From Eubacteriales bacterium (GTDB lineage Bacteria; Bacillota; Clostridia; Oscillospirales; CAG-272), in contig JAZQMQ010000016.1 of the NCBI GenBank assembly GCA_045543555.1, positions 146,852-210,851 of the forward strand: DNA of 64,000 nt. The letters are read 5' to 3'. Shown in pieces: positions 7,455-17,037 of the stretch; within the stretch, counting starts at the first letter, position 1; every line of letters begins with the position of its first letter. A program made the translations under genes and the position numbers. Below the pieces are notes generated by a model that was given only the letters and a program-made list of their open reading frames with translations, made no database searches and was not told where the DNA came from.

Positions 7455-8617
7455 TGCATAATATATATTTCGATAACAGCGCAACAACTAAGGTACATCC
7501 GCAAGCCGCGAAAGCCGCACTTGAGACTATGACCGAGGGGTACGGCAATCCTTCCTCGGTTCATTCTATGGGGGTTGAATGCTCAAAAATGCTCGATCGC
7601 GCAAGGGCAGACATTCTCTCCTCTCTCGGAGTGAGGGTCAGAGGAGGCTATTCGTTATTTTTCACCGCAAGCGGTACTGAAGCCGACAATATGGCAATTA
7701 GCGGTGTTATATATTCAAAAAAGCACCGTTTCACTCCCCGTATAATAACTACCGACAGCGAGCATCCTGCCGTGCTTAATCCCATACTTGAGGCTGAAAA
7801 AAGAGGCTTTGAGGTGGTAAGGCTTAAAACCGTGGGCGGAATTGTTGATGAAGATGAGCTTCGCTCTGCTTTAACCCCTAATACGATTCTTGTTTCGATC
7901 ATGAGAGTGAATAATGAAACAGGTGCAGTTTACGATATTCCAAAGCTGTTTTCAATGGTTAAATCATACTGTCCCGAAGCGGTTACTCATTGTGACGCAA
8001 TTCAGGGATATATGAAAATAAACTGCGATCCTGCGAAGCTGAAGGCAGATGTTGTCAGCATAAGCGGACACAAGATCGGTGCGCCAAAGGGAATAGGTGC
8101 GCTTATCTGCAGCGATCATCTTATTACAAAAAAGATAATAAATCCCATAATTTTCGGAGGCGGTCAGGAAAACGGTTACCGTTCGGGCACCGAAAACACT
8201 CCGGGAATAGCCGCTTTTGCGGAGGCGGTGAGAATTAAAAAAGCCTCTTTGTCTGCCGATAACGAAATGGTTAAAGAGGTAAGGAAAAAAATTGTAAGCA
8301 ATCTTCCCGAAGGCGTTAACGTAAACATACCAAATGGCGAGTATCTGCCGCATATAATCAGCTTAAGCGCCGAGGGCGTGAAGAGCGAGGTGCTTGTAAG
8401 AGCCATGTCGAGCGAAGGTATATATATTTCTGCAGGCTCGGCGTGTTCCTCTAAAAAGCTGAAGACAAGCGCTGCTCTGACTGCTTTCGGTCATACACCG
8501 AACATCGCTGACAGCACCTTCAGAGTCAGTCTCTGTGCGGACAATACAGCTCAGGAAGCAGAGACGTTTGTTTCGGTTTTAAATACAGTTTTAAGCAAAC
8601 TCGCAAGAAAGGCGTAA
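7454..8617 (+). CDS. nifS: Cysteine desulfurase, NifS/IscS family (class V aminotransferase)
   Basis: Motifs YFDNSATT, the PLP-lysine motif SISGHKIGAPKGIGAL, and the active-site loop SAGSACSS. Confidence 0.9.
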   Translation: MHNIYFDNSATTKVHPQAAKAALETMTEGYGNPSSVHSMGVECSKMLDRARADILSSLGVRVRGGYSLFFTASGTEADNMAISGVIYSKKHRFTPRIITTDSEHPAVLNPILEAEKRGFEVVRLKTVGGIVDEDELRSALTPNTILVSIMRVNNETGAVYDIPKLFSMVKSYCPEAVTHCDAIQGYMKINCDPAKLKADVVSISGHKIGAPKGIGALICSDHLITKKIINPIIFGGGQENGYRSGTENTPGIAAFAEAVRIKKASLSADNEMVKEVRKKIVSNLPEGVNVNIPNGEYLPHIISLSAEGVKSEVLVRAMSSEGIYISAGSACSSKKLKTSAALTAFGHTPNIADSTFRVSLCADNTAQEAETFVSVLNTVLSKLARKA

Positions 8618-8618
8618 T

Positions 8619-9968
8619 ATGATTTTTAGGGAGTTTAACGGTAAAAGAGTTACCGTTATCGGACTTGGAATTTCAAATACCCCGTTAATAGGTTGGCTCC
8701 TTGACAGAGGGGCAATAATAAGCGCAAGAGACAAAAAGCCATTTGAACTCCTTTCAGATAACGTGAAGGGATATAAAAGCAAAGGTGTTGAATTTATTTG
8801 CGGGGAAAATTATCTTGAAGGCATTGAAGCAGACTATATTTTTAAAGCTCCCGGACTTAGATACGATATCCCGCAGATCTTAAAAGCCGTCGAGAACGGC
8901 GCGGTTCTTACCTCGGAAATGGAGCTGTTTTTTGAGCTTTGTCCCTGCAAGATTATAGGTGTTACTGGTTCGGACGGAAAAACGACGACAACGACGCTTA
9001 TATATAAATGTCTTGAAAAGGAATACGGCTCAGACCGAGTTTTTGTGGGTGGAAATATCGGCAAGCCCTTGCTCCCCGAGCTTGATAAGATGAATGAGGG
9101 ATGCTTTGCGGTAGTTGAGCTTTCAAGCTTTCAGCTTCATACAATGAAGCAGTCTCCGGATATATCCATTATCACAAATCTTTCTCCGAATCACCTTGAT
9201 TATCATAGGGGCATGGAGGAATACGTTGAGGCGAAGAAAAATATATACCTTCACGCAAAAGAAGGCTCGGTCGTTGTGCTTAACGGTATAAATTCCGTCA
9301 CCAAGGAGCTGAGTAAGGACGCTCCCGAGGGAGTATCTGTCAGGTTTTTCAATAACGGTTACGCTAAAATCGAAAACGGAAGTATTTTCTGCGATGGAAG
9401 GGAAGTCCTTAAGACCGATGATATACTTATTCCGGGAAGACATAACGTTGAGAACTATTGCGGAGTTATCTGCGCTCTTGACGGAATCGTAAGCGATGAT
9501 AACATAAGAGAGATAGCAAAAAATTTTGGCGGTGTTGAGCATAGAATCGAGCTTGTACGCAGACTTAACGGCGTAAACTACTACAACAGTTCAATAGACT
9601 CTTCTCCGACAAGAACCGCAGCGGCTCTCAATTCGTTTAAGGACAGAGTCATCGTCATTTGCGGAGGATACGATAAAAAGATCCCATTTGAGCCGTTGGC
9701 GGACGTTCTTTGCGACAGAGCAAAAACTGTCGTGCTTACAGGCGCAACCGCACAAAAGATAAAAGACGCAATTTTAAGCTGCACAAAATATAGCGGACAG
9801 TTAAAGATGATAGAGGAGCCCGACTTTAAAAAAGCGGTGCTCAAGGCTCACGAAGAAGCATTCGACGGGGATAACGTAATACTTTCACCCGCGTGTGCGT
9901 CGTTTGATGCTTTCCCAAATTTTGAAGTAAGAGGAAATACCTTTAAGGAGATAATAAGATCTCTTTGA
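8619..9968 (+). CDS. murD: UDP-N-acetylmuramoylalanine--D-glutamate ligase
   Basis: Rossmann-type N-terminus VTVIGLGISN and the Mur ligase P-loop GVTGSDGKTTTTTL, at the expected length of 449 aa. Confidence 0.92.
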   Translation: MIFREFNGKRVTVIGLGISNTPLIGWLLDRGAIISARDKKPFELLSDNVKGYKSKGVEFICGENYLEGIEADYIFKAPGLRYDIPQILKAVENGAVLTSEMELFFELCPCKIIGVTGSDGKTTTTTLIYKCLEKEYGSDRVFVGGNIGKPLLPELDKMNEGCFAVVELSSFQLHTMKQSPDISIITNLSPNHLDYHRGMEEYVEAKKNIYLHAKEGSVVVLNGINSVTKELSKDAPEGVSVRFFNNGYAKIENGSIFCDGREVLKTDDILIPGRHNVENYCGVICALDGIVSDDNIREIAKNFGGVEHRIELVRRLNGVNYYNSSIDSSPTRTAAALNSFKDRVIVICGGYDKKIPFEPLADVLCDRAKTVVLTGATAQKIKDAILSCTKYSGQLKMIEEPDFKKAVLKAHEEAFDGDNVILSPACASFDAFPNFEVRGNTFKEIIRSL

Positions 9969-9981
9969 TGAGGAATACAAA

Positions 9982-10863
9982 ATGACAAACGAACACCGTA
10001 TATTATCAAAAAAGCTTCCCGAAAGGGATAAAAGCGCAAATAAAGGCGATTTCGGCAGACTTACTGTTATTGGCGGTTCCTCCGCATACAGAGGTGCCGT
10101 GTCCCTTGCCTGTGAAGCGGCACTGCGAGCCGGAGTGGGTCTTGTGCGACTCGTATCGATTGAAAAGGTCATAGCGGCGGTTGCTTCTCAGATAAGGGAA
10201 TGTACCTATCTCCCGATCAAAGAAAACGAGAGCGGTGCAATTGACAGCGAGGATTTTATAAGCAAGCAAAAGGAAATAAAAAATTCCACTGCAGTGCTTA
10301 TAGGTTGCGGTATGACCGCAACGCCGTCTGTCGAGGAGATCGTATCATCGGTAATATACAATATCACCTGTCCTCTTGTGATCGATGCGGACGGACTTAA
10401 CGTGCTCAGGTTTTTTCCTGAGCGTCTGGCAAAGGCTAAAAGAAGACCGATAATAACACCACACGTGGGTGAAATGGCTCGTTTAACAGGGCTTTCCGTT
10501 GACGAGATAAAGGCGGAGAGAGTTAAGGTGGCGCTTGATTTTTCATCAAAATATAATTGTGTAACAGTGCTCAAGGACTCGGTGACGACGGTTGTATCTC
10601 CGGATGGTGAGGTCTTTATCAATACAATGGAAAATTCGGGATTGGCAAAGGGTGGAAGCGGTGACGTGCTGGCAGGAATGATAGCATCCATGCTTTGTCA
10701 GGGGCTTTCAGCATATGACGCTGCTTGTTGCGGAGTGCTCCTTCACAGCTTAAGCGCGGAGATGGCAGCCAAAGAACTTGGGGAGGCGTATATGCTTCCG
10801 TCGGACGTAATAAAGAGGTTGCCGAAGGTAATGGATATAATCAGAAAGGCAGAGGAACAATGA
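9982..10863 (+). CDS. nnrD: ADP-dependent NAD(P)H-hydrate dehydratase (YjeF C-terminal type)
   Basis: Motifs KGDFGRLTVIGGS..YRGA, TPHVGEMARL and GGSGDVLAGMIA. Confidence 0.88.
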   Translation: MTNEHRILSKKLPERDKSANKGDFGRLTVIGGSSAYRGAVSLACEAALRAGVGLVRLVSIEKVIAAVASQIRECTYLPIKENESGAIDSEDFISKQKEIKNSTAVLIGCGMTATPSVEEIVSSVIYNITCPLVIDADGLNVLRFFPERLAKAKRRPIITPHVGEMARLTGLSVDEIKAERVKVALDFSSKYNCVTVLKDSVTTVVSPDGEVFINTMENSGLAKGGSGDVLAGMIASMLCQGLSAYDAACCGVLLHSLSAEMAAKELGEAYMLPSDVIKRLPKVMDIIRKAEEQ

Positions 10864-11381
10864 AATTAATAATAGCATCCGACATTCATGGGTCGGCATA
10901 CTACTGTAAAAAGCTTGTAGAAAAGGTAGAAGCGGAAAAGCCCGACAGACTCGTTCTTCTTGGGGATATACTTTATCACGGTCCGAGAAATGACCTTCCG
11001 AGAGACTATGCTCCAAAGGAGGTTATAGCTATGCTCAATCCACTGAAGGATATTATCGTTTGTGTGAGAGGCAACTGCGATACAGAGGTAGATCAAATGG
11101 TTCTTGATTTCGATGTGCTTAGTGACAGCGCGATCATTTATGACGGCGAAACAGAGCTTTTCTTAACTCACGGACATAAGTATTCACCCGAAAATCCTCC
11201 GAAGATCAAGAACGGAGGAATACTTCTCGGCGGACACACCCACGTAGCGTGTGATATCGATATGGGAGGATTCAGATATATTAATCCGGGTTCGGTTTCC
11301 ATACCAAAGGGAAACACGGCAAGAGGCGGACTTTTATACGAGAACGGCAGATTTATTCCCTTTTCGCTTGAGGATCAATAA
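10860..11381 (+). CDS. YfcE/MJ0936-family metallophosphoesterase
   Basis: MKLIIASDIHGS...LLGDILYHGPRN...GNCD...THGH...GGHTH. ATG 10860 overlaps the nnrD stop (ATGA). The track's upstream extension from 10725 overlaps nnrD and is rejected. Confidence 0.85.
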   Translation: MKLIIASDIHGSAYYCKKLVEKVEAEKPDRLVLLGDILYHGPRNDLPRDYAPKEVIAMLNPLKDIIVCVRGNCDTEVDQMVLDFDVLSDSAIIYDGETELFLTHGHKYSPENPPKIKNGGILLGGHTHVACDIDMGGFRYINPGSVSIPKGNTARGGLLYENGRFIPFSLEDQ

Positions 11382-12214
11382 TGAAAAAAGCGGAATCTGA
11401 CAGAAACAAAACAAAACAAAAAGAATATATAGAACATATAAAGAAGAACAGGGTATCATTTACAATTTATATAATTCTTCGGTTGATCGCCACATTTTCT
11501 CTGGTTATCTCTATGTTCAGGGGTAATTATGAAAATGCGTTGCTGTGTGTGGCGACATTGATGTTGCTTCTTGCTCCGGCATTTGTTGAAAAACGTTTCA
11601 GTATAGAGTTACCCACTGCTCTTGAGGTTATTGTTATGTGCTTTGTATTTGCACATACAATACTTGGTGAGATTGGGTGCTTCTACGTTAAGGTGCAGTG
11701 GTGGGATACAATGCTTCATACCTTGAACGGATTCATCTGTGCGGGAGTGGGCTTTTCGCTTGTTGATCTTCTTAACAGACATAAGCGATTCAAATTTGAG
11801 CTTTCTCCCATGTACGTTGCTATCGTTGCTTTTTGCTTTTCAATGACTGTAGGTGTTCTTTGGGAATTCTTTGAATTCGGTATGGATATGCTTTTTGATA
11901 TGGACATGCAAAAGGATACAGTCATAAATACAATAAATTCTGTTGCGTTGGATCAAACCAATACAAATACGGTAGTAACCATGAACGGAATAAATGATGT
12001 AACCGTGAACGGAAAAGAGCTTGGGCTTAACGGATATCTTGATATCGGTCTTATCGATACAATGAAGGATCTTATCGTTAACTTCATAGGTGCGGTGATC
12101 TTTTCGGTATCGGGATTTTTCTACGTGAAATATCGCGGAAAGAAAAACACAAAATTTATAGAAGGACTTGTTCCCGCGGTTTCAACAGACGTCGCGGAGA
12201 CTGTTTCCGAGTGA
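11381..12214 (+). CDS. Multi-pass membrane protein of unknown function
   Basis: 277-aa ORF with about 6 hydrophobic helices. TAATG overlap with the preceding gene, and a terminator directly downstream. Confidence 0.7.
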   Translation: MKKAESDRNKTKQKEYIEHIKKNRVSFTIYIILRLIATFSLVISMFRGNYENALLCVATLMLLLAPAFVEKRFSIELPTALEVIVMCFVFAHTILGEIGCFYVKVQWWDTMLHTLNGFICAGVGFSLVDLLNRHKRFKFELSPMYVAIVAFCFSMTVGVLWEFFEFGMDMLFDMDMQKDTVINTINSVALDQTNTNTVVTMNGINDVTVNGKELGLNGYLDIGLIDTMKDLIVNFIGAVIFSVSGFFYVKYRGKKNTKFIEGLVPAVSTDVAETVSE

Positions 12215-12219
12215 TTTTG

Positions 12220-12252
12220 AAGCGGAGGATCAATGTCCTCCGCTTTTGCTTT
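12220..12252 (+). terminator. Rho-independent terminator
   Basis: Stem AAGCGGAGGA / TCCTCCGCTT with a 6-nt loop, then TTGCTTT. Confidence 0.75.
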
Positions 12253-12276
12253 ATATATAAAAAAGCAGTAAATCTC

Positions 12277-12305
12277 TTGCAAATCAGGGAAATATGTGAT
12301 AAAAT
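12277..12305 (+). promoter_or_regulatory. Candidate promoter of the ABC exporter operon
   Basis: TTGCAA (12277-12282), 17-bp spacer, TGA-TAAAAT (12300-12305). A leader of about 100 nt follows, carrying a 7-bp hairpin at 12349-12376. Confidence 0.5.
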
Positions 12306-12407
12306 AAAAAAAGATTCTCTACCTCTTGGGCAAAAAACGGAATTTCGCTGGTCGGATAACCACTTTAACCCGACCAAAGCCTTTCAAGAAAGAATTTAAT
12401 AGGGAAA

Positions 12408-14273
12408 ATGAAAAGAAACAAAAGGAAAAAAGAAACAAAAAAATTGGGAAGAACAGGCTTGCTTCTTAGCTTTCTTAAGGGAAGTAAGCTTTTTTTTGCT
12501 GTAAGCATCACAGCATCGCTTGTAATGGCAATCTCTGACGTTATAAATCCGCAGATAATCAGATATACGGTAGATACTCTTATAGGCGGAGAACCCTCAT
12601 CCATGCCTGACTTTGTAAATAGTCTTGTAGACAGTATAGGCGGAGTCAATTATTTAAGAGATCGTCTTTGGATAATCAGTATCGTCATTATTTGCGTGGC
12701 GCTTTTCGCGGCGTTGTGCAGATATATATGGAGAATGTTCAATGCCCGCGCTGCTGAAACACTGGTTCAGACAACAAGAAATATGCTTTTCGGCCACATA
12801 CAAAATCTGCCGTTTTCTTTCCATATGAAGAACCAGACAGGTGATATTATTCAAAGGTGTACATCCGACGTTGACACTGTAAAAAACTTTTTGTCAGAAC
12901 AGCTTACCGGTATAGTACAGGTAGTCATGCAGGTCACCACTTCATTGTTGATGATGTTCTCAATGAACCCGGATCTTGCATTGGTTTCTGCACTTACGAT
13001 GCCGGTAATACTTGTATATTCCGCTGTCTTCGGAAAGAAGATAGGCTCGGGATTCAAAAAATGCGATGAGGCTGAGGGTCAGCTTTCGGCTTGCACTCAG
13101 GAAAACCTGACGGGTGTTCGTGTAGTCCGCGCATTCGGACGGGAAAAGCACGAAAGAGAACGCTTCAGAAAATTGAACGACAAATATACGTCGCTTTGGG
13201 TAAAGCTGTCAAGATTAATGGCGGCGTTCTGGGGGGTTGGCGATCTGTTTGCGGGTCTTCAGATAATGCTGATACTTGTTCTCGGCGTATATTTCTGTGT
13301 TGAAGGCGATATGACACCGGGTGAACTTATTGCATTCATTTCTTATAACGCGATGCTGTCGTGGCCTATAAGAAGACTCGGAAGAATGATATCCGAAATG
13401 AGCAAAGCAAGTATTTCCATCGATCGTTTGGCGTACATTCTCGAATCTCCCATCGAAACCGATTTACCCAATGCAGACGAACCCTCCCTCGACGGAGATA
13501 TCGTTTTTGATAACGTATCGTTTGCGTACGATGGCTGTCCGGAGCTGCTTCACAATATATCCTTTACTGCAAAGGCGGGAAGCACGGTTGGTATAATCGG
13601 AAGTACGGGCTCGGGGAAATCTACTCTGATGCACCTGCTCGGAAGATTATACGAGCTGTCCGATGGATGCGGAAGCATAACGATCGGCGGACGTGATATA
13701 AGAGGTATGAAGGCAAAGCATTTGCGTAAGAACGTTGGTATCGTTCTTCAGGAGCCGTACTTGTTTTCACGTTCTATAGCAGAAAATATTGCAATAACAT
13801 CCGACTGTGTAAATATGGAGGAGGTAAGGCAGTCAGCGGCTGTTGCAAGTCTTGACGATACAGTAATGTCCTTCGCGGAGGGATATGACACCTTCGTCGG
13901 AGAAAAGGGTGTAACTCTGTCCGGCGGTCAGAAGCAGAGAACAGCGATCGCGCGTATGCTTACTCAAAAGACTCCGATAATGATATTTGACGATTCGCTT
14001 TCCGCGGTTGATGCAGAGACCGATGCAAAGATAAGACAGGCGCTCAGCAAAGGTGTTGGCTCAGCAACTGTATTCCTCATTTCACACAGAACCGCAACTC
14101 TAATGAACTCCGACCTGATAATAGTTCTCGACCGAGGAAGGATCGCAGAAATGGGCGATCATAAATCACTGATGGAAAAGGAAAACGGAATATACCGCAG
14201 AATCTATAACGTACAGATGTCCGATCCCGACCAAAACATTGATGAAGCAAACGGAGAGGAGGCGGCAGTATGA
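12408..14273 (+). CDS. ABC transporter, fused permease/ATP-binding subunit (heterodimeric exporter, subunit 1)
   Basis: Six-TM N-terminal domain, Walker A GSTGSGKST, signature LSGGQKQR, Walker B IMIFDDSLSAVD. Confidence 0.9.
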   Translation: MKRNKRKKETKKLGRTGLLLSFLKGSKLFFAVSITASLVMAISDVINPQIIRYTVDTLIGGEPSSMPDFVNSLVDSIGGVNYLRDRLWIISIVIICVALFAALCRYIWRMFNARAAETLVQTTRNMLFGHIQNLPFSFHMKNQTGDIIQRCTSDVDTVKNFLSEQLTGIVQVVMQVTTSLLMMFSMNPDLALVSALTMPVILVYSAVFGKKIGSGFKKCDEAEGQLSACTQENLTGVRVVRAFGREKHERERFRKLNDKYTSLWVKLSRLMAAFWGVGDLFAGLQIMLILVLGVYFCVEGDMTPGELIAFISYNAMLSWPIRRLGRMISEMSKASISIDRLAYILESPIETDLPNADEPSLDGDIVFDNVSFAYDGCPELLHNISFTAKAGSTVGIIGSTGSGKSTLMHLLGRLYELSDGCGSITIGGRDIRGMKAKHLRKNVGIVLQEPYLFSRSIAENIAITSDCVNMEEVRQSAAVASLDDTVMSFAEGYDTFVGEKGVTLSGGQKQRTAIARMLTQKTPIMIFDDSLSAVDAETDAKIRQALSKGVGSATVFLISHRTATLMNSDLIIVLDRGRIAEMGDHKSLMEKENGIYRRIYNVQMSDPDQNIDEANGEEAAV

Positions 14274-16093
14274 AGGAAAAGAAAAATAAGGAGCAATATA
14301 TCAAGCTTAAGTTTTTTGGAATTCCGAAGCTGATCCCTTTCCTTAAACCATACAGAAAAAGGCTTGTTTTGATGGTGCTGTTAGGCGTGCTGTCAAGCGG
14401 CATTGACATACTCGTGCCACTTTTTCAGCAATACGCAATCAACAATTACGTTGTGACGGGCGTACTGGATACGCTTCCGATATTTATCGGACTTTACATA
14501 CTGACGCTTGGCGGTCAGGTGTTCTTTAACGTGGTCTCAATGTATAACGCAAGCTACGTTGAGATGAATATTGGCCACGATCTGAAAAAAACATGCTTTG
14601 ACCATCTTCAGACCCTTTCATTCTCTTATTTTAATCAGAACAGCGTAGGATACGTCCATTCGAGGATAATGTCCGATACCGCAAAAATAGGGGAGCTTGT
14701 ATCTTGGGTAATGATCGATAGTGTATGGCAGCTCACCTATATGGTAGGCGCAATTGTGGTAATGTTCAGTATCAGGTGGAAGCTCGCACTTATTGCACTT
14801 GCAGTGCTTCCGGTCGCGGCTGTCTTGCTGGCTGTGTGTCTTAATAAGATTACTGTTCTTAACCGCGCAATTCGTGAGATAAATTCAAAAATATCAGGAG
14901 ATTACAACGAAGCGATCACCGGTGCAAAAACGATCAAAACTCTTGTGGTTGAAGATAAGATCGAAAGTGAATTCCGCACAGATACCGAAAAAATGAAGAA
15001 GACGACGATCAAGATAACGAGATTCAGAGGCTTTCTCTGGTCAAACGTGTCATTCTTCTCATTCGTGGCGCTTGCACTTGTTTTGTGGCGCGGAGGAATT
15101 CTGACAATGGATCAGGCAATTGAGGTAGGAACTCTTTCCGCGTTTATGTCATACGCGCAAGGACTCGTAAACCCGCTTTTGTGGGTAATAGATGCTATAA
15201 GCACCGTTGTTAATACACAGGTCAATATCGAACGCGTTACCAAGCTGTTAAATACAGAATCCGACGTTATCGACACACCCGAAGTAATAGAAAAATACGG
15301 CGACACCTTCGATCCCAAGCGTGAAAATTGGGAGGAGCTATACGGTGATATTGAATTTGAAAATGTTTCATTCAACTATCCTGACGGTGAGGAAAAGGTA
15401 CTTGAGAATTTCAGTCTGAAGGTCTCGAAGGGAACGCGTATTGCTATAGTCGGTGAGACAGGTGCGGGTAAATCCACGCTTGTAAACCTCGTATGCAGAT
15501 TCTATGAGCCCACTGAGGGCAGAGTTCTTATCGACGGGCGAGATGCAAGAGAGCGCTCACAGCTTTGGCTACATTCAAATATCGGCTACGTTCTGCAAGC
15601 TCCACATTTGTTCTCGGGAAGCGTAAGGGATAACCTACGTTACGGTAAACCCGATGCGACGGACGAAGAGATTATGGAGGCACTCAAGGTCGTTTCCGCT
15701 GATAAACTCCTTGAAAAGATGGACAACGGGCTTGACAGCGAGGTTGGCGAGGGAGGAGATCTTCTTTCGACGGGCGAAAAACAGCTTCTTTCTTTTGCAA
15801 GAGCCATTATTGCAGATCCGAAGATACTGGTTCTGGATGAAGCAACGTCGTCGGTAGATACCATGACTGAGCAGATAATCCAAAATTCACTGAAAACCGT
15901 TACTGAAGGAAGGACCACTTTTATGATCGCTCACCGTCTTTCAACGGTTCGTGATTCCGACGTAATAATTGTAGTACGCGACGGTAAAATAATTGAACAG
16001 GGCAAGCATCATGAGCTTATGAAGGCGAGAGGATATTATCATTCTCTTTATACTAAGCAGTTTGAAAAAGAAGCCCTGAATGCAATAATTTAA
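14270..16093 (+). CDS. ABC transporter, fused permease/ATP-binding subunit (heterodimeric exporter, subunit 2)
   Basis: Walker A GETGAGKST, signature LSTGEKQL, Walker B ILVLDEATSSVD. ATGA overlap with subunit 1. Confidence 0.9.
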   Translation: MKEKKNKEQYIKLKFFGIPKLIPFLKPYRKRLVLMVLLGVLSSGIDILVPLFQQYAINNYVVTGVLDTLPIFIGLYILTLGGQVFFNVVSMYNASYVEMNIGHDLKKTCFDHLQTLSFSYFNQNSVGYVHSRIMSDTAKIGELVSWVMIDSVWQLTYMVGAIVVMFSIRWKLALIALAVLPVAAVLLAVCLNKITVLNRAIREINSKISGDYNEAITGAKTIKTLVVEDKIESEFRTDTEKMKKTTIKITRFRGFLWSNVSFFSFVALALVLWRGGILTMDQAIEVGTLSAFMSYAQGLVNPLLWVIDAISTVVNTQVNIERVTKLLNTESDVIDTPEVIEKYGDTFDPKRENWEELYGDIEFENVSFNYPDGEEKVLENFSLKVSKGTRIAIVGETGAGKSTLVNLVCRFYEPTEGRVLIDGRDARERSQLWLHSNIGYVLQAPHLFSGSVRDNLRYGKPDATDEEIMEALKVVSADKLLEKMDNGLDSEVGEGGDLLSTGEKQLLSFARAIIADPKILVLDEATSSVDTMTEQIIQNSLKTVTEGRTTFMIAHRLSTVRDSDVIIVVRDGKIIEQGKHHELMKARGYYHSLYTKQFEKEALNAII

Positions 16094-16184
16094 AAATAGC
16101 CACTTCGAAGAAAGCGTGATGTTCTTATCGGAGAAATCGCAAGTAGTTTTGCTTATATTTGATCTGCAGTAAATAAATAATAAT

Positions 16185-16224
16185 CCCCGACAGATTCAAA
16201 AGGTCTGTCGGGGTATCTTTATTT
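16185..16224. terminator. Bidirectional terminator hairpin
   Basis: Stem CCCCGACAG / CTGTCGGGG (16185-16193 / 16205-16213). T-rich tracts follow on both strands. Confidence 0.7.
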
Positions 16225-16235
16225 GGTTTGATAGA

Positions 16236-16501
16236 TTAATAAGCTTTATTCCAAACGATGTTATCTTTGTACTGTGAAGCAATCGCCATACATTCTTCAA
16301 TGCTATCATGTGGCGTATCACTACTACTTCATAATTCTCATCGCAACAGAATAAATAATATTTATCATCTTTGGAGTATTTGCAAATCGCAAGGTAACGA
16401 TAATAATCAGCAATTTCTCCGTTTGGAAAAATGCTGTAACCATAATCATCTTGCAAGGTATAGTACAGAACAATTGCTCCATCCAACTTGATCGGGAACA
16501 T
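16236..16501 (-). pseudogene. Small conserved-looking hypothetical protein (~88 aa) with an apparent frameshift in a GTAGTAGT slip-prone run
   Basis: Strong SD (AAGGAG). The N-terminal frame reads MFPIKLDGAIVLYYTLQDDYGYSIFPNGEIADYYRYLAICKYSKDDKYYLFCCDENYEVV. After about 16320-16330 an alternative frame reads SSSDTPHDSIEECMAIASQYKDNIVWNKAY* and stops at 16236-16238, just before the terminator. The unshifted 101-aa frame instead runs into the terminator hairpin (stop at 16196). Confidence 0.5.
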
Positions 16502-16544
16502 AGAATAATCTCCTTATTTATCGCCAGTTTCGCCTTTGTATTAC

Positions 16545-16801
16545 AGCGTTGCAAACAACGACGGCATCGGGCAAAGCCCATACCCCTACGGTTGCGCGTC
16601 CTAAGGCTGCCTCCGGGAGGGAGCTGTCAGCGAAGCTGACTGAGGGAGAGTGCGTAACAAGAAAGTTACTACAACCCTAAAGTCACGCAGATTCCTTCCG
16701 TCACGGCAACGCCGTACCACCTCCTTCTCGGAGGGAGGCTTTTCGTTAGTTCCCTTATAACACAAAGCGGCAGAGGAAACTATCCCTCTGCCGAAATTTT
16801 T
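16545..16801. other. GC-rich, hairpin-dense non-coding element (candidate structured RNA or palindromic repeat element)
   Basis: Seven short hairpins lie within about 250 nt: CGTTG-CAAA-CAACG, GGGC-AAA-GCCC, GTCAGC-GAA-GCTGAC, GTAAC-AAGAAA-GTTAC, ACGGC-AAC-GCCGT, CTCC-TTCTC-GGAG and CGGCAGAGG-N8-CCTCTGCCG plus T5. Two ~45-nt units sit in inverted orientation around a central hairpin. There is no credible ORF. Confidence 0.35.
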
Positions 16802-16865
16802 GTCCGCAAATTCACCGTTAAGAACAACAGAGAAAAAATTCGAAGGTTTTTTTGCTTCATAGCTA

Positions 16866-16894
16866 TTGTAAATGCTAAAGTATTGTGATATTAT
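16866..16894 (+). promoter_or_regulatory. Candidate promoter of the Nudix-DUF1015 gene
   Basis: TTGTAA (16866-16871), 17-bp spacer, TGA-TATTAT (16889-16894). Confidence 0.5.
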
Positions 16895-16923
16895 ATTGTT
16901 ATAGTTTATTTAGAAGCTGAAAA

Positions 16924-17028
16924 ATGTCTGAATTTGGGGATCTGTACGACAGAGACAGACGACCGCTTAATATTAAGCACGAAAGAGGCAGGTATCTTGA
17001 AAAGGGAACCTATTATATAGCGGTGTGA
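16924..17028 (+). pseudogene. N-terminal 34 codons of the Nudix domain, terminated by an in-frame TGA
   Basis: ATG 16924 gives MSEFGDLYDRDRRPLNIKHERGRYLEKGTYYIAV, then TGA (17026-17028). The same frame continues as IWTVNDKNEVLL..., which is the 17038 ORF. Confidence 0.6.
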
Positions 17029-17037
17029 ATATGGACG

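Noticed and set aside
16709-16725. GGTGGTACGGCG on the minus strand resembles the T-box core (GGTGGTACCGCG).
   Set aside because: It lies about 200 nt from the downstream start codon, with no antiterminator/terminator pair at the 3' end. I could not identify a specifier-loop/Stem I architecture. The downstream gene is not an aminoacyl-tRNA or amino-acid gene.
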